From an uncultured Gammaproteobacteria bacterium (GTDB lineage Bacteria > Patescibacteriota > Microgenomatia > Levybacterales > GWA1-39-11), in contig CAZXND010000001.1 of assembly GCA_964641355.1 (NCBI GenBank), forward strand, positions 87,858 through 151,857: 64,000 nt of DNA, read 5' to 3'. The position numbers and the translations under genes are program-made. This document shows positions 28,435-38,852 of this stretch, in pieces. Below the pieces are notes generated by a model. It was not told where the DNA came from, ran no database searches, and worked only from the letters and a program-made list of their open reading frames with translations. How positions within the stretch are numbered: position 1 is the stretch's first letter; every line of letters begins with the position of its first letter.

Positions 28435-31400
28435 TCAACCATGAAGTCAGATCTCACGGGAATCAATCTTCCAACGATAACATTTTCTTTAAGCCCAATA
28501 AGATTGTCCTCTCTTCCCTCCAGGGAAGCGTCCGTCAAAACTTGAGTTGTTTCCTGGAATGAGGCTGCAGAAAGCCATGAATCTGTTACAAGCGCAGCTT
28601 TTGTAATACCAAGTATAATTTCTCGTGCAGATGCTGGTTCTCCACCTTCAGAAATTATATTTGCGTTTTCTTCTTCAAATCTAAGTTTACTCACTAAATC
28701 ACCTGGAAGAAGCGATGAGTCTCCTGGAGTTTCGATCATAACCTTATCAGACATTTCGCGAACTATTGTCTCAAAATGCTTATAGTGAATTGCAATTCCT
28801 TGAGATTCATAAACCTTTTGAACTTCAGAAATTATGTATTTTTGAGCCTCACGAAGTCCTCCAACCTTAAGAGTATCTCGTGGGTCAAGATAACCTTCAC
28901 AAAGTTGTGTACCTGCAGTAACCATCTGATCTTCCTCAACAAGAATATTTGCTGTTAATGGAACAAAATATTCTCGCTCTTCAACAGGTTTTACTCTTGC
29001 ATTTCTAACTCTAATTACAAATCCATCTTCAGTCTTTGTTATTTGAACTTTTCCGGCAATTTCTGCAACTGGAGCTAGATTCTTAGGTCTTCTTACTTCA
29101 AAAAGTTCTTCAACACGAGGAAGACCTTGAGTTACGTCAGACATAACTACTCCTCCGAAATGCTTGACTCTCATGGTAAGCTGAGTCCCTGGTTCACCAA
29201 TTGATTGAGCAGCTATTACTCCTACTGGTGTTCCGAGATCTGCACGCTTGTATGTTGAAAGATCCCATCCATAACAAGAACTACAAACCCCATATTTTAA
29301 TTTACAAAACAAAGTAGTTCTTACTTTTGCTTCCAAAATACTCTCATCAGTTAAAATCTCATCAAGTTTTTCGTGATCTATATCTTCTCCTTTTTGAACA
29401 ATTGTTTTCTTTGTCTTCTTGCTTACAATGGGCTCAAGTGCAACTCTTCCTAAAAGCATATTTATTATGTAAGATTTATTTTCTCGAGTAGAAAGATCAA
29501 CATCCAACCCTTCCTCAACTCCACAATCATCTGTTCTAATAATAACTGTGTGAGCAACATCGACAAGACGTCTAGTGAGATACCCAGCATCAGCCGTTTT
29601 AAGAGCCGAATCAGTAAGACCTTTTCTTGATCCACGAGCAGAATTAACATACTCAAAGATTGAGAGCCCCTCACGGAAATTCGATGTAATAGGCAGCTCT
29701 ACTATTCTACCTAAAGGATCATATATAAGACCTCTCATAGCAGCGAGTTGCTTAATTTGATCTTTTCCTGCTCTTGCTCCTCCTGACTCTGCAATAATTC
29801 TTACCATATCATTATTTCCAAAAAGATCCCAAGTAAGGTTAGCCATTTTATCGGTAAGTTCAAGCCAAACATTATTCGAAAGTCTTCTCTGTTCTGAGTG
29901 TGTAATCAAACCATTTTGAAACTCTTCTTCGATTGCTTTTATTTTATCCTCTGCTTCTTTTATTAACTTCTCTTTATTAGGAAGCATTTTAAGATCAAAA
30001 GTTGAAACTGAAATTCCCGAAATAGTTGCAGAATAGAATCCTACTTCTTTAATACTATCAATGAGCCTTGCAACTTCTGCTTCAGGATATTCAACCATAG
30101 CTTTTGTAACAATTTCTTTGATTGTTGAAGCCTTAATTTCTTTATTAATAAATCTCATTCCAAGAGGCAATCTATCATTAAAAATTACTCTTCCCATTGT
30201 AGTTTCGATTATTTCTCCTTTTACTCTCAACTTTATGGGCTCACGTAAAGCAATTTTCTTCAAATTAAAGGCAAAATAAGCTTCGTACTCATTGGAGAAA
30301 ACAGGAACTTCATCTCTTCTTGCTCTCTCATCAACACTTGTTAGATAAAAGCTTCCAAGAGCCATTTCTTTATTAGGAAGTGTTATAGGACTTCCATCAG
30401 CTGGTTTAAGAAGATTGTGTTCAGGCATCATAAGTTCAATTGCTTCTTGTTGTGCTCTTGCCGAAAGAGGTACGTGAATAGCCATTTGATCTCCATCAAA
30501 GTCAGCGTTATATCCAGCACAAACACAAGGATGTATTCTAATAGCCGATCCTTCGACAAGAACAGGGAAGAAGGCTTGAATTCCTAATTTATGAAGAGTT
30601 GGAGCACGATTAAGAAGAACAGGATGATTTCTTGTTATTTCCTCAAGAATATCAAAAACTTCAGGTGGTCTTTTTTCAATGAATCTTTTTGCGGCTTTTG
30701 CGTTTGGAGTTGTAAGACCTCTTGAAATAACTTCTCTAATTACAAAAGGCTTAAATAATTCAAGAGCCATTTCTTTTGGAAGACCACACTCATTAAGTCT
30801 AAGTTCTGGTCCGACAACTATAACTGATCTTCCAGAGTAATCTGTTCTTTTCCCAAGAAGGTTCTTTCTAAATCTTCCTTGTTTTCCTCGAAGAACATCA
30901 GAAAGGGATTTGAATTGTCTCTGATTTTGGTTTGTTCTTATAGATGTATCGATCAAATAATCAACAGCTTCCTGTAACATTCTCTTTTCGTTTCTAAGAA
31001 TGATTTCTGGGGCACCAAGAGAAATAAGATGCTTAAGTCTGTTATTTCTATTAATAACTCTTCTATAAAGATCGTTTAGATCTGATGTAGCAAACCTCCC
31101 TCCATTAAGCTGAACCATTGGACGCAAATCTGGTGGAAGAACAGGTAATATCCTGAGGACAAGCGAAGCAGGGTTGAGACCCGATCTCTTTATGGCTTCA
31201 ACAAAATGAAGTCTTTTAAGAAGCTTTAATTGTTTTTGGCCACTTGATTTATGAACTTCTTCCCTAAGCTCTTCGATTAATTTTTGAAGATCTATCGATT
31301 CGATAGCTTTAAGAATTGCTGATGCTCCAGTTTCAACCTCAAAAAACAAAGGAATATCATATTCGATAAGTCGAACATATTCCTCTTCAGACAGAACATC

Positions 31401-32153
31401 CCAAAGTTTAAGACCTTTTACAATATCTCCAACTCTTGTAAAGATCTCTTCGATTCTAGAAACTTCAGTATCTAGTCTTTTATCAAGAGCTATCCTTTTT
31501 TGTCTATAAAGTACAGTGGTTTCACCAAGTACTAACTCTTTCTGTTCTTGCTTGAGAGATTTCTCAATTTCTTTAATCTTATCCTTTTCTTCTATGTCAA
31601 TTGCCTTTTTTTCTTCATCAACTTGCTCTTTAATTCTTTCAATTCTTTTAGTTTTAATGTCTGCAAGTACTTTTTGAGCCTCTTTCCTTTTTTCTTCATC
31701 CATTTCAACCACTAAATATCCAGCGAAATAAACAACTGATTCGAGATCTTTTTGTGTTAAGTCAAGGAGTATTGAAAGTTTACTTGGCGATCCCTTAGAA
31801 AACCATACATGCACGACAGGTGAAGCAAGAGAGATGCTTCCCATTCTTTCTCTTCTTACTCTTGAATACGTAACTTCTACTCCACATCGATCACAAACAA
31901 TTCCTTTATATCTAATTCTCTTATATTTTCCACAATAACATTCGAAATCACGAGTTGGACCAAAAATTCTCTCGTCGAAAAGTCCATCTTTTTCAGGTCT
32001 AAAAGTTCGGTAATTAATTGTTTCTGGCTTTGTTACTTCTCCATATGACCATTCAGAAATATCTTCTGGACCTGCAACAAGAATTTTAAGACCCTTAAAG
32101 TCTGCAATATTTATTACGTCAAATTTTCTATTTTTATTTTTTCTAGGTTCCAT
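28407..32153 (-). CDS. rpoC: RNA polymerase beta' subunit
   Basis: [39 protein letters not shown]. Confidence 0.99.
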   Translation of the reverse strand: MEPRKNKNRKFDVINIADFKGLKILVAGPEDISEWSYGEVTKPETINYRTFRPEKDGLFDERIFGPTRDFECYCGKYKRIRYKGIVCDRCGVEVTYSRVRRERMGSISLASPVVHVWFSKGSPSKLSILLDLTQKDLESVVYFAGYLVVEMDEEKRKEAQKVLADIKTKRIERIKEQVDEEKKAIDIEEKDKIKEIEKSLKQEQKELVLGETTVLYRQKRIALDKRLDTEVSRIEEIFTRVGDIVKGLKLWDVLSEEEYVRLIEYDIPLFFEVETGASAILKAIESIDLQKLIEELREEVHKSSGQKQLKLLKRLHFVEAIKRSGLNPASLVLRILPVLPPDLRPMVQLNGGRFATSDLNDLYRRVINRNNRLKHLISLGAPEIILRNEKRMLQEAVDYLIDTSIRTNQNQRQFKSLSDVLRGKQGRFRKNLLGKRTDYSGRSVIVVGPELRLNECGLPKEMALELFKPFVIREVISRGLTTPNAKAAKRFIEKRPPEVFDILEEITRNHPVLLNRAPTLHKLGIQAFFPVLVEGSAIRIHPCVCAGYNADFDGDQMAIHVPLSARAQQEAIELMMPEHNLLKPADGSPITLPNKEMALGSFYLTSVDERARRDEVPVFSNEYEAYFAFNLKKIALREPIKLRVKGEIIETTMGRVIFNDRLPLGMRFINKEIKASTIKEIVTKAMVEYPEAEVARLIDSIKEVGFYSATISGISVSTFDLKMLPNKEKLIKEAEDKIKAIEEEFQNGLITHSEQRRLSNNVWLELTDKMANLTWDLFGNNDMVRIIAESGGARAGKDQIKQLAAMRGLIYDPLGRIVELPITSNFREGLSIFEYVNSARGSRKGLTDSALKTADAGYLTRRLVDVAHTVIIRTDDCGVEEGLDVDLSTRENKSYIINMLLGRVALEPIVSKKTKKTIVQKGEDIDHEKLDEILTDESILEAKVRTTLFCKLKYGVCSSCYGWDLSTYKRADLGTPVGVIAAQSIGEPGTQLTMRVKHFGGVVMSDVTQGLPRVEELFEVRRPKNLAPVAEIAGKVQITKTEDGFVIRVRNARVKPVEEREYFVPLTANILVEEDQMVTAGTQLCEGYLDPRDTLKVGGLREAQKYIISEVQKVYESQGIAIHYKHFETIVREMSDKVMIETPGDSSLLPGDLVSKLRFEEENANIISEGGEPASAREIILGITKAALVTDSWLSAASFQETTQVLTDASLEGREDNLIGLKENVIVGRLIPVRSDFMVDGQESTNTI

Positions 32154-32160
32154 AATTAAA

Positions 32161-35100
32161 TTATTGAGCTGGTATTACCTCCTCTTCACCAAGTTCTTTT
32201 ACCGCTTCTGCTTCTGTGGCTATCTCTTCACCCTCAAGACTAGCCTTAAGCTCTTCTGCTTCTTTTTTAATCTCTTCTGCCTGATCTGATGTATCCTCTT
32301 TTTCTTCCTCAACAACTGCTCCCGTTGTCAAAATGTTCATAGAAAGACTTTGAAGTTCTCTTATTAAGACCTTAAATGACTCAGGAACTTTAGGAGTTGG
32401 GATATCAACACCTTTAATTATAGCTTCAAATGCCTTAGCTCGTCCAGCAACGTCATCAGATTTAATTGTAAGCATTTCTTGAAGAGTGTAAGATGCTCTG
32501 TGAGACTCAAGAGCCCAAACTTCCATTTCTCCCAAACGTTGTCCTCCCATTTGCGCTTTTCCACCAAGAGGCTGTTGTGTAACAAGAGAGTAAGGTCCAG
32601 TTGATCTTGCGTGAGCCTTATCCTCAACCATGTGAATGAGCTTCATAATATAGTTTATTCCAACTACTACTTCGTTTTCAAAAGCCTCACCTGTTCTCGC
32701 ATCAAAAAGTTTAACTTTTCCTGAAACAGGAAGACCTGACTCTTTCAAAAGATCAAAAATCTTATCCTCTTGAATTTTTTCAAAAACAGGAAGAGAAACC
32801 TTTTTCCCAAGTCTTTTTGCTGCCCAACCAAGATGAGTTTCAAGAAGTTGTCCGAGATTCATACGTGATAGAACAGAAATTGGAGAAATAATAATATCGA
32901 CAGGTGTTCCATCTTCAAGATATGGCATATCACTTGAAGGAACGATTTTCGATATAACTCCTTTATTTCCATGTCTTCCTGCTAACTTATCCCCAACGAC
33001 TACATGCCTAAGTTGTGCTACTTCAATTAAAATCTTTTTGATCGTCCCAGGTTCGAGCTCATCACCCTTTTCACGATCCAAAACTTGTACATTTATAACA
33101 ATTCCATGTTCTCCGTGAGGCATTCTAAGAGAAGTATCCCTTACTTCTCTTGCTTTTTCACCAAAAATTGCACGAAGAAGTCTTTCCTCTGCGGTAAGCT
33201 CTGTTTCCCCTTTTGGTGCAATCTTACCGACCAATATATCTCCAGGACTTACTTCTGAACCAATAACAACGACTCCTTCTTCGTCAAGATTTGCTAAATC
33301 TTCCTCTGCAACATTTGGAATATCTTTTGTAGTTTCTTCTGGTCCAAGTTTCGTATCCACAACAGTAGCTTCATACTTTTCAATATGGATTGAGGTCAAA
33401 ACATCATCCTTTACAAGTCTGTCTGAAATTACAATAGCATCTTCGTATCCAAGGCCATCAAAATTAGTATAGGCAATTACCAAATTCTTACCAAGTGCAA
33501 GATTTCCGTCTTCTGAGGCAGGACCATCAATGAGAAGTTCACCTTTTTTAACCTTTTGTCCTGCAACAACAACAGGTTTTTGACTGAAGAATGTATTTTG
33601 CGATGTTCTTTTAAACTTATCTATTTCATATTCAATTTCTTCTTTACCCTCAAGAACAAGCTTGTTAGCATCCACAAACTTAACTACCCCATCGAAAGGA
33701 GCTCTTACAATTCTCGACATTGCTGAAGACACTTCTCCCTCCATCCCGGTACCAACAATGGGACTCTCAGTCTTAACCAAGGGAACAGCTTGACACTGCA
33801 TGTGAGTACCCATAAGTGCACGGTTTGCCTCATCATGAGCTATAAAAGGAATAAGAGAGGCTGAAGTACCAACAACTTGTCTTGGAATAACATCGATAAG
33901 ATCAATTCTCTCTCGCTCAACCTCAAGATACTCCCCGTCAAATCTAGCTGGGATCATTTCATCAGCAATATAGCCATTTTCATCCAATCTTATGTCAGCA
34001 TGCGTTATGTAGTACTTAGATTCTTCGTCAGCATCAAGATATACAATCTCATCGGTAACTTTAATCTTTCCTTTTTTCTCCTTTAGAACTTTTCGATAAG
34101 GAGCTTCAAGAAAACCATATTCATTTACCCTAGTATACAAAGCAAGATAAGTAACAAGTCCAATATTTGGACCTTCAGGAGATCTTACAGGACAAATTCT
34201 AGAATATTGTGAGCTATTAATATCACGAATAGAGAAAGACGCTCTTTCCCTTGAAATTCCACCTGTTCCCATAACTGTTAAACGTCTCAAATTATCAATT
34301 TCAGATAATGGGTTTGTTTGATCAAGAATTGCTGATAACTGAGAGGTTCTAAAAAATTCATTAATTGAAGCAATTATTGGATGAGCATTGATAAAATGAG
34401 AGGGAGAGAACGCTTCATCAGTTGATGCAAGACTCATTTTTTCCTTAACTATTCTTTCAAGTCTCAAAGCGCCTACTCTAAAAGCAGTTGTTTGTACAAG
34501 TTCACCGATACTTCTAACACGCCTATTTGCTAAGTGGTCAATATCATCAACCTTTCCTTGATTGTTAGAAAGCATTATAAGATAAGAAATAATTCCTATA
34601 ATATCATCGATTGTAAGGGTAAAAGAATCTTGAGATTGGAAATTTGGAAGAATAGAAAGTTTCTTGTTTATTTTATATCTTCCTACTTTGCTCAAATCAT
34701 ATCTTCGTCTATCAAAAAATAGGTCTCGGAAATTTTGTCTGATCGTATCAATTACAATTGGCTCTCCGGGATTTAATTTTTTAAATATTTCAATAAGGGC
34801 ATCAGTGCTTCCTTTTGTTTCATCTTTCTCAAGAGTGTTTTTGACATAAACATCTGCATTTTCTATTCCAGCAAATTTTCCCATTATCTCCTCGTTGCCC
34901 TCAAGTCCAAGGGCCTTAAGGAAAACTGATACCAAAAACTTCTTTCTTCGATCGACTCTGACAACAACCATTTGAGTTCTTGTCGTTGAAAATTCGAGCC
35001 ACGATCCATGAACTGGTCTAAGCTCTCCTGTGTATAAAACTTTTCCTGTTATTGGATCTTCAACCGCTGTAAAGAAGACACCAGGAGATCTAACTATTTG

Positions 35101-35496
35101 ATTAACAATTACTCTTTCAATCCCATTTACGATGAAAGTACCACGATCTGTCATCTTGGGAACTTCACCTAAGAAAACGTCTTGCTTTGTTCTTTTTCCT
35201 GTTTTTTTGTTAACGAGGGTTGCTTCTACAATAAGTGGAGAGAAATATGTTAAACCTTTCTTGACCGCTACCTCTTCAGATATTTTAGGGCTTCCTAATT
35301 TATATTCACCTAAAATTAATTCCCAGTTCTTCCCTGTAAAATCTTCAATAGGAGATATTTCTTCAATTACTTCTTTTATTCCCTCTTTTACAAACCACTC
35401 ATATGATTCTTTCTGAATGGATAATAAATCTAATGAAGGAAGAGTTTTAAACTGTTTTCCCCAATATTGTGTTTCTAATTTTTTATCTTTTGCCAT
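32161..35496 (-). CDS. rpoB: RNA polymerase beta subunit
   Basis: PEGPNIGL, GDKLAGRHGNKG, GGQRLGEMEVWALE. Confidence 0.99.
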   Translation of the reverse strand: MAKDKKLETQYWGKQFKTLPSLDLLSIQKESYEWFVKEGIKEVIEEISPIEDFTGKNWELILGEYKLGSPKISEEVAVKKGLTYFSPLIVEATLVNKKTGKRTKQDVFLGEVPKMTDRGTFIVNGIERVIVNQIVRSPGVFFTAVEDPITGKVLYTGELRPVHGSWLEFSTTRTQMVVVRVDRRKKFLVSVFLKALGLEGNEEIMGKFAGIENADVYVKNTLEKDETKGSTDALIEIFKKLNPGEPIVIDTIRQNFRDLFFDRRRYDLSKVGRYKINKKLSILPNFQSQDSFTLTIDDIIGIISYLIMLSNNQGKVDDIDHLANRRVRSIGELVQTTAFRVGALRLERIVKEKMSLASTDEAFSPSHFINAHPIIASINEFFRTSQLSAILDQTNPLSEIDNLRRLTVMGTGGISRERASFSIRDINSSQYSRICPVRSPEGPNIGLVTYLALYTRVNEYGFLEAPYRKVLKEKKGKIKVTDEIVYLDADEESKYYITHADIRLDENGYIADEMIPARFDGEYLEVERERIDLIDVIPRQVVGTSASLIPFIAHDEANRALMGTHMQCQAVPLVKTESPIVGTGMEGEVSSAMSRIVRAPFDGVVKFVDANKLVLEGKEEIEYEIDKFKRTSQNTFFSQKPVVVAGQKVKKGELLIDGPASEDGNLALGKNLVIAYTNFDGLGYEDAIVISDRLVKDDVLTSIHIEKYEATVVDTKLGPEETTKDIPNVAEEDLANLDEEGVVVIGSEVSPGDILVGKIAPKGETELTAEERLLRAIFGEKAREVRDTSLRMPHGEHGIVINVQVLDREKGDELEPGTIKKILIEVAQLRHVVVGDKLAGRHGNKGVISKIVPSSDMPYLEDGTPVDIIISPISVLSRMNLGQLLETHLGWAAKRLGKKVSLPVFEKIQEDKIFDLLKESGLPVSGKVKLFDARTGEAFENEVVVGINYIMKLIHMVEDKAHARSTGPYSLVTQQPLGGKAQMGGQRLGEMEVWALESHRASYTLQEMLTIKSDDVAGRAKAFEAIIKGVDIPTPKVPESFKVLIRELQSLSMNILTTGAVVEEEKEDTSDQAEEIKKEAEELKASLEGEEIATEAEAVKELGEEEVIPAQ

Positions 35497-35631
35497 CTGG
35501 TACCTGGAAGCCTTTTCTACAAAAAAAGAAAACCCGTCAAGCGGCCTTCTTTAAAGAATAAAAAATAAAGGTATTTCTACCTCTATTTCATATGCAAGTG
35601 AATTTATAATCTATTCACCCTCCAAAGTCAA
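35497..35631 (-). promoter_or_regulatory. rpoB promoter and ~100-nt leader with two hairpins
   Basis: TTGACT(35631-35626)-17 nt-TATAAA(35608-35603); AAATAGAGGTA-GAAA-TACCTTTATTT, then AAAGAAGGCCG-CTTGA-CGGGTTTTCTTT-TTTT. Confidence 0.65.
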
Positions 35632-35645
35632 TACCCTATAGTATT

Positions 35646-36602
35646 TTACTGGAGGAACCTTTCTATGTTCTCTTGGTGCTCTTCGTATGTTCTTGAATAA
35701 TGGACCTTACCATTCATGTCGTGTAAATAATAATTATACTCTGTACTAGCAGGTGAAGCAGCAGCTTGTATAGCAACTACTCCAGGATTAGATATTGGTC
35801 CAGGAGGAAGACCCGGATAGAGATATGTATTATAAAGAGATTTAACACTTTTATATTCATCAACAGTTACAGGGAGCCACCATTTATTCTTACTCAAACT
35901 AAACCCCTTTGCATATTGTATTGTAGCGTCTATTTGAAGAGGCATACCAGAACTCAGTCTATTTTTCATAATTCCGGCGAGAATCGGTTTTTCTTCATCT
36001 GTTATAGCCTCCCTCTCAACCAAAGAAGCAAGAATAATGATTTTATTTATATCAGAAGACTTAGAATCTAACCCAACTTTACTCAATTTTTTATCTAAAT
36101 TATTTCTCATAATTGAAATTATTGAGTCAATATCTGCATTTGTCGGAATCAAATAAGTATCTGGAAACAAATACCCCTCATTGGAATTTAATTTCTCTCT
36201 CCAAGAGTTATTGTATGTTTTAACACTTTTTTTGAGCAAATCAGCTATCTCTTCTGCCCGATAACCTTCGGGTACAGTAATCCATATATCAAGAGTGCCA
36301 TGGTGTAGTGTGTCCAAAACTTTCGAAAGATCCATCGATGGTGAAAGTTTATAATCTCCAGCTTGAATGCTTTTATCAAGACCTAATTTTTTAACGTAAA
36401 GGAAAAAAATAATTGGATCACGAATTAAACCTTCATCCTTTAAAGATTTTCCGATTTCCCTAACCGTCTCACCACGATTTATTACGAACAACTTTTCTTC
36501 CTTATTTTTAGAACTAACAGGGCGTGAACCGTTCACCCACCATAAAATCAAGCTTAAAAACACAAATGCAAGTAAAGTCGAAAAAATGAATCCTTTTTTC
36601 AT
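35646..36602 (-). CDS. mltG: Endolytic transglycosylase MltG (YceG)
   Basis: N-terminal TM, EGYLFPDTY, ASLVERE, LQIDAT, YNTY..PGLPPGPISNPG. Confidence 0.95.
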   Translation of the reverse strand: MKKGFIFSTLLAFVFLSLILWWVNGSRPVSSKNKEEKLFVINRGETVREIGKSLKDEGLIRDPIIFFLYVKKLGLDKSIQAGDYKLSPSMDLSKVLDTLHHGTLDIWITVPEGYRAEEIADLLKKSVKTYNNSWREKLNSNEGYLFPDTYLIPTNADIDSIISIMRNNLDKKLSKVGLDSKSSDINKIIILASLVEREAITDEEKPILAGIMKNRLSSGMPLQIDATIQYAKGFSLSKNKWWLPVTVDEYKSVKSLYNTYLYPGLPPGPISNPGVVAIQAAASPASTEYNYYLHDMNGKVHYSRTYEEHQENIERFLQ

Positions 36603-36637
36603 TTGGTATATTCTAACATAATATTTTACTACCCAAT

Positions 36638-37909
36638 CTATACTATAGAATAAATCGGAAAAAGATTTTCTGAATCCCTTGCTTCCTTTAGATTAAACCT
36701 ACTTTGACTATAAAAAGACGCTAAAATGCTTCCCTTTTGGACCTTTTCCCCAACTCTTGTTCTCAAAAAAATTCCAGCTCTTTTATCGGTTGGCGCTCCT
36801 AAAATTCTCGCAATTATTGTTATATTCTTACTATCAATACTTTTAATCATTCCTGACTGGGAAGATTTTATTTCAATCTCAAACTTTCCGGGTTTTAATT
36901 TTTGAGAGGTTATATCAGGATCTCCATCTTGCGCTTCAATGATTTCTCTGAACTTTGATAATGCTTGCCCACTCTTCAATATTTCCTCTATCCACATTCT
37001 AAGACTTCCGTATTTACTCTCTATTTCTTTCTTTTTTATATCTCGATCGCTTAAACATAATCTTATTACGGCCTCTGCAAGATCCAGCGCTCTTTCTTCT
37101 AAAATTAATGGTCTAGTTGGAGTTTGCTCTAAAACTTCTAGTGCATCCTTTGCTTCTAGTAGAGGTCCGACTCCTGCTCCTGAAGGTTCATCTATTCTAT
37201 TAACAAGAACTTTTATTTCTATATCAAATTTTTTTGCTAAAAATTCGAATTTACTTTTTAAAACTTGTGTGTCGTCAATTTTTTGAACCTTCATTGCTTT
37301 TCCATAGGGAACTTCAATTACTACATGATTCGATCCGAATGCAATTTTTTTTGCCAATACAGATACTATTATTTTATCGAAGCTTTCAAAAAGAAGCGGC
37401 TCTTCCACTCTGATAATTTCATCATCGGCTGGAGCGATATTAAAACTTCCTCCCCAAACAATACACGCATTAGTTTTCTCTACAATTCTATATACATCTT
37501 TTTTTAAAAAATCAACTTTAGAAAAAACCTCCATCGAATCTGCTGTCCCTGCTGGTGTTGTAATGGCTCTTGATGAACTCTTAGGAATTTTGAAACCAGC
37601 AGCTGCAACAATAGGAACAACAACGAGGGTAGTTCTTCCACCAGGTGACCCACCAATGGAATGTTTATCTGCCACTATTCCCCTGAAATTTAGTTTTTCT
37701 CCTGTTTCAACCATTGCCTTGGTCAAAAAAAATAATTCCTCATTTGAAAAACCTTTTGAAAAACCTGAAGCAACAAAATATGTAGTTAAAACATCTCCCA
37801 ATCTATCTTCTGCAATTTGATCCATGATTGCATATATCTCTTTATAAGAAAGCTTCTTACCTAAAAGTTTTTTTCTAATTGCCTCAAGGGCTAAATTTTT
37901 TTGGTCCAA
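36638..37909 (-). CDS. AMP phosphorylase / thymidine phosphorylase-family (archaeal AMPpase type)
   Basis: DKHSIGG, PKSSSRAITTPAGTAD, WGGSFNIAPADD, ARILGAP. Confidence 0.85.
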   Translation of the reverse strand: MDQKNLALEAIRKKLLGKKLSYKEIYAIMDQIAEDRLGDVLTTYFVASGFSKGFSNEELFFLTKAMVETGEKLNFRGIVADKHSIGGSPGGRTTLVVVPIVAAAGFKIPKSSSRAITTPAGTADSMEVFSKVDFLKKDVYRIVEKTNACIVWGGSFNIAPADDEIIRVEEPLLFESFDKIIVSVLAKKIAFGSNHVVIEVPYGKAMKVQKIDDTQVLKSKFEFLAKKFDIEIKVLVNRIDEPSGAGVGPLLEAKDALEVLEQTPTRPLILEERALDLAEAVIRLCLSDRDIKKKEIESKYGSLRMWIEEILKSGQALSKFREIIEAQDGDPDITSQKLKPGKFEIEIKSSQSGMIKSIDSKNITIIARILGAPTDKRAGIFLRTRVGEKVQKGSILASFYSQSRFNLKEARDSENLFPIYSIV

Positions 37910-37917
37910 AGTTTTTT

Positions 37918-38124
37918 CTAATCCTCTAACTTAATTTGTCTCATAGCATATCTACTGAAATTTTTAATCAGCCGTGTTAACTCAAAAAATAACATATTAA
38001 TAAAGCGAACAATAAATGGTTCTGCAAGAAAAAAAAGATATTTAATTCTCTCCCAGATTTTGTTAATTAATAAAATTAATGAATTTGAGTTTTCTGTTTC
38101 GAATTCTAGTGTTTCTTCTGTCAT
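37918..38124 (-). CDS. Hypothetical 68-aa protein
   Basis: ORF overlapping the sortase stop (ATGA), with an amphipathic-looking helix. Confidence 0.65.
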   Translation of the reverse strand: MTEETLEFETENSNSLILLINKIWERIKYLFFLAEPFIVRFINMLFFELTRLIKNFSRYAMRQIKLED

Positions 38125-38852
38125 GAGTTGTCCATATCATCTAATCTTGCTTTTATAATTAATCTTTTCCAGGTTGTTCCTGGCGGCGTGCATGTAACAA
38201 TTGTTAAATAGCTCTCATCAAGTGATTGCGATAAAATATTTGTATCCTCTGGGTCCGTAATCGTTATTGAAAACACTTTGTACTGAAATTCTACTCCATT
38301 TACTTTAATTAAAACCTTATCTCCAACCTTTAAAGTATGAAGAGTTGCAAAAATAGCTTTATAATTTTTGGGGTCAAACAACTGAGGAAGAGTAGAGTGT
38401 CCGAAAATTACAGCATTTCCTTTTTCCGGAGGCGTAGAAGTTCCAAGATACTGTACAAGGTGTTTTGAAAGATCATAATCACGCGTTGATACTTCCGCAT
38501 CTAAGATCTTCAATCTTGGAATTGAAAATAAATATGAATCAACTTTTTTCTGATCGTATTGGTTTTTAATTTCAGGATACCAGTTTCTTGCATCAACATA
38601 ATCTGATCTAAACGAATCTAATCCCTGAGAGATCAAAGTGCCTATCCCCGTCTTTTTAACAAGATACTTTGGAACTGGAAGTTCTATTTCATTTTGAGCC
38701 AAAATCGGTGAGAGGAAAATCTGATAGGAAATCATAGGAAATAGAAAGTATGAAGTTAAAATGAATCCAAATAAAATTAATAAAGTGCCAAAAACTTTGA
38801 TGGAAACTTTTTTATATTTTTTCTTTCCCTTGACATAGTAATACTTACTCAT
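38121..38852 (-). CDS. Sortase
   Basis: N-terminal TM; GNAVIFGHS, LTIVTCTPPG, RLII (His/Cys/Arg triad). Confidence 0.92.
   Translation of the reverse strand: MSKYYYVKGKKKYKKVSIKVFGTLLILFGFILTSYFLFPMISYQIFLSPILAQNEIELPVPKYLVKKTGIGTLISQGLDSFRSDYVDARNWYPEIKNQYDQKKVDSYLFSIPRLKILDAEVSTRDYDLSKHLVQYLGTSTPPEKGNAVIFGHSTLPQLFDPKNYKAIFATLHTLKVGDKVLIKVNGVEFQYKVFSITITDPEDTNILSQSLDESYLTIVTCTPPGTTWKRLIIKARLDDMDNS

Noticed and set aside
31380-31720. Long coiled-coil insertion in the RpoC N-terminal region
   Set aside because: Resembles the known lineage-specific beta' insertion of Actinobacteria-like polymerases; no intein motifs.
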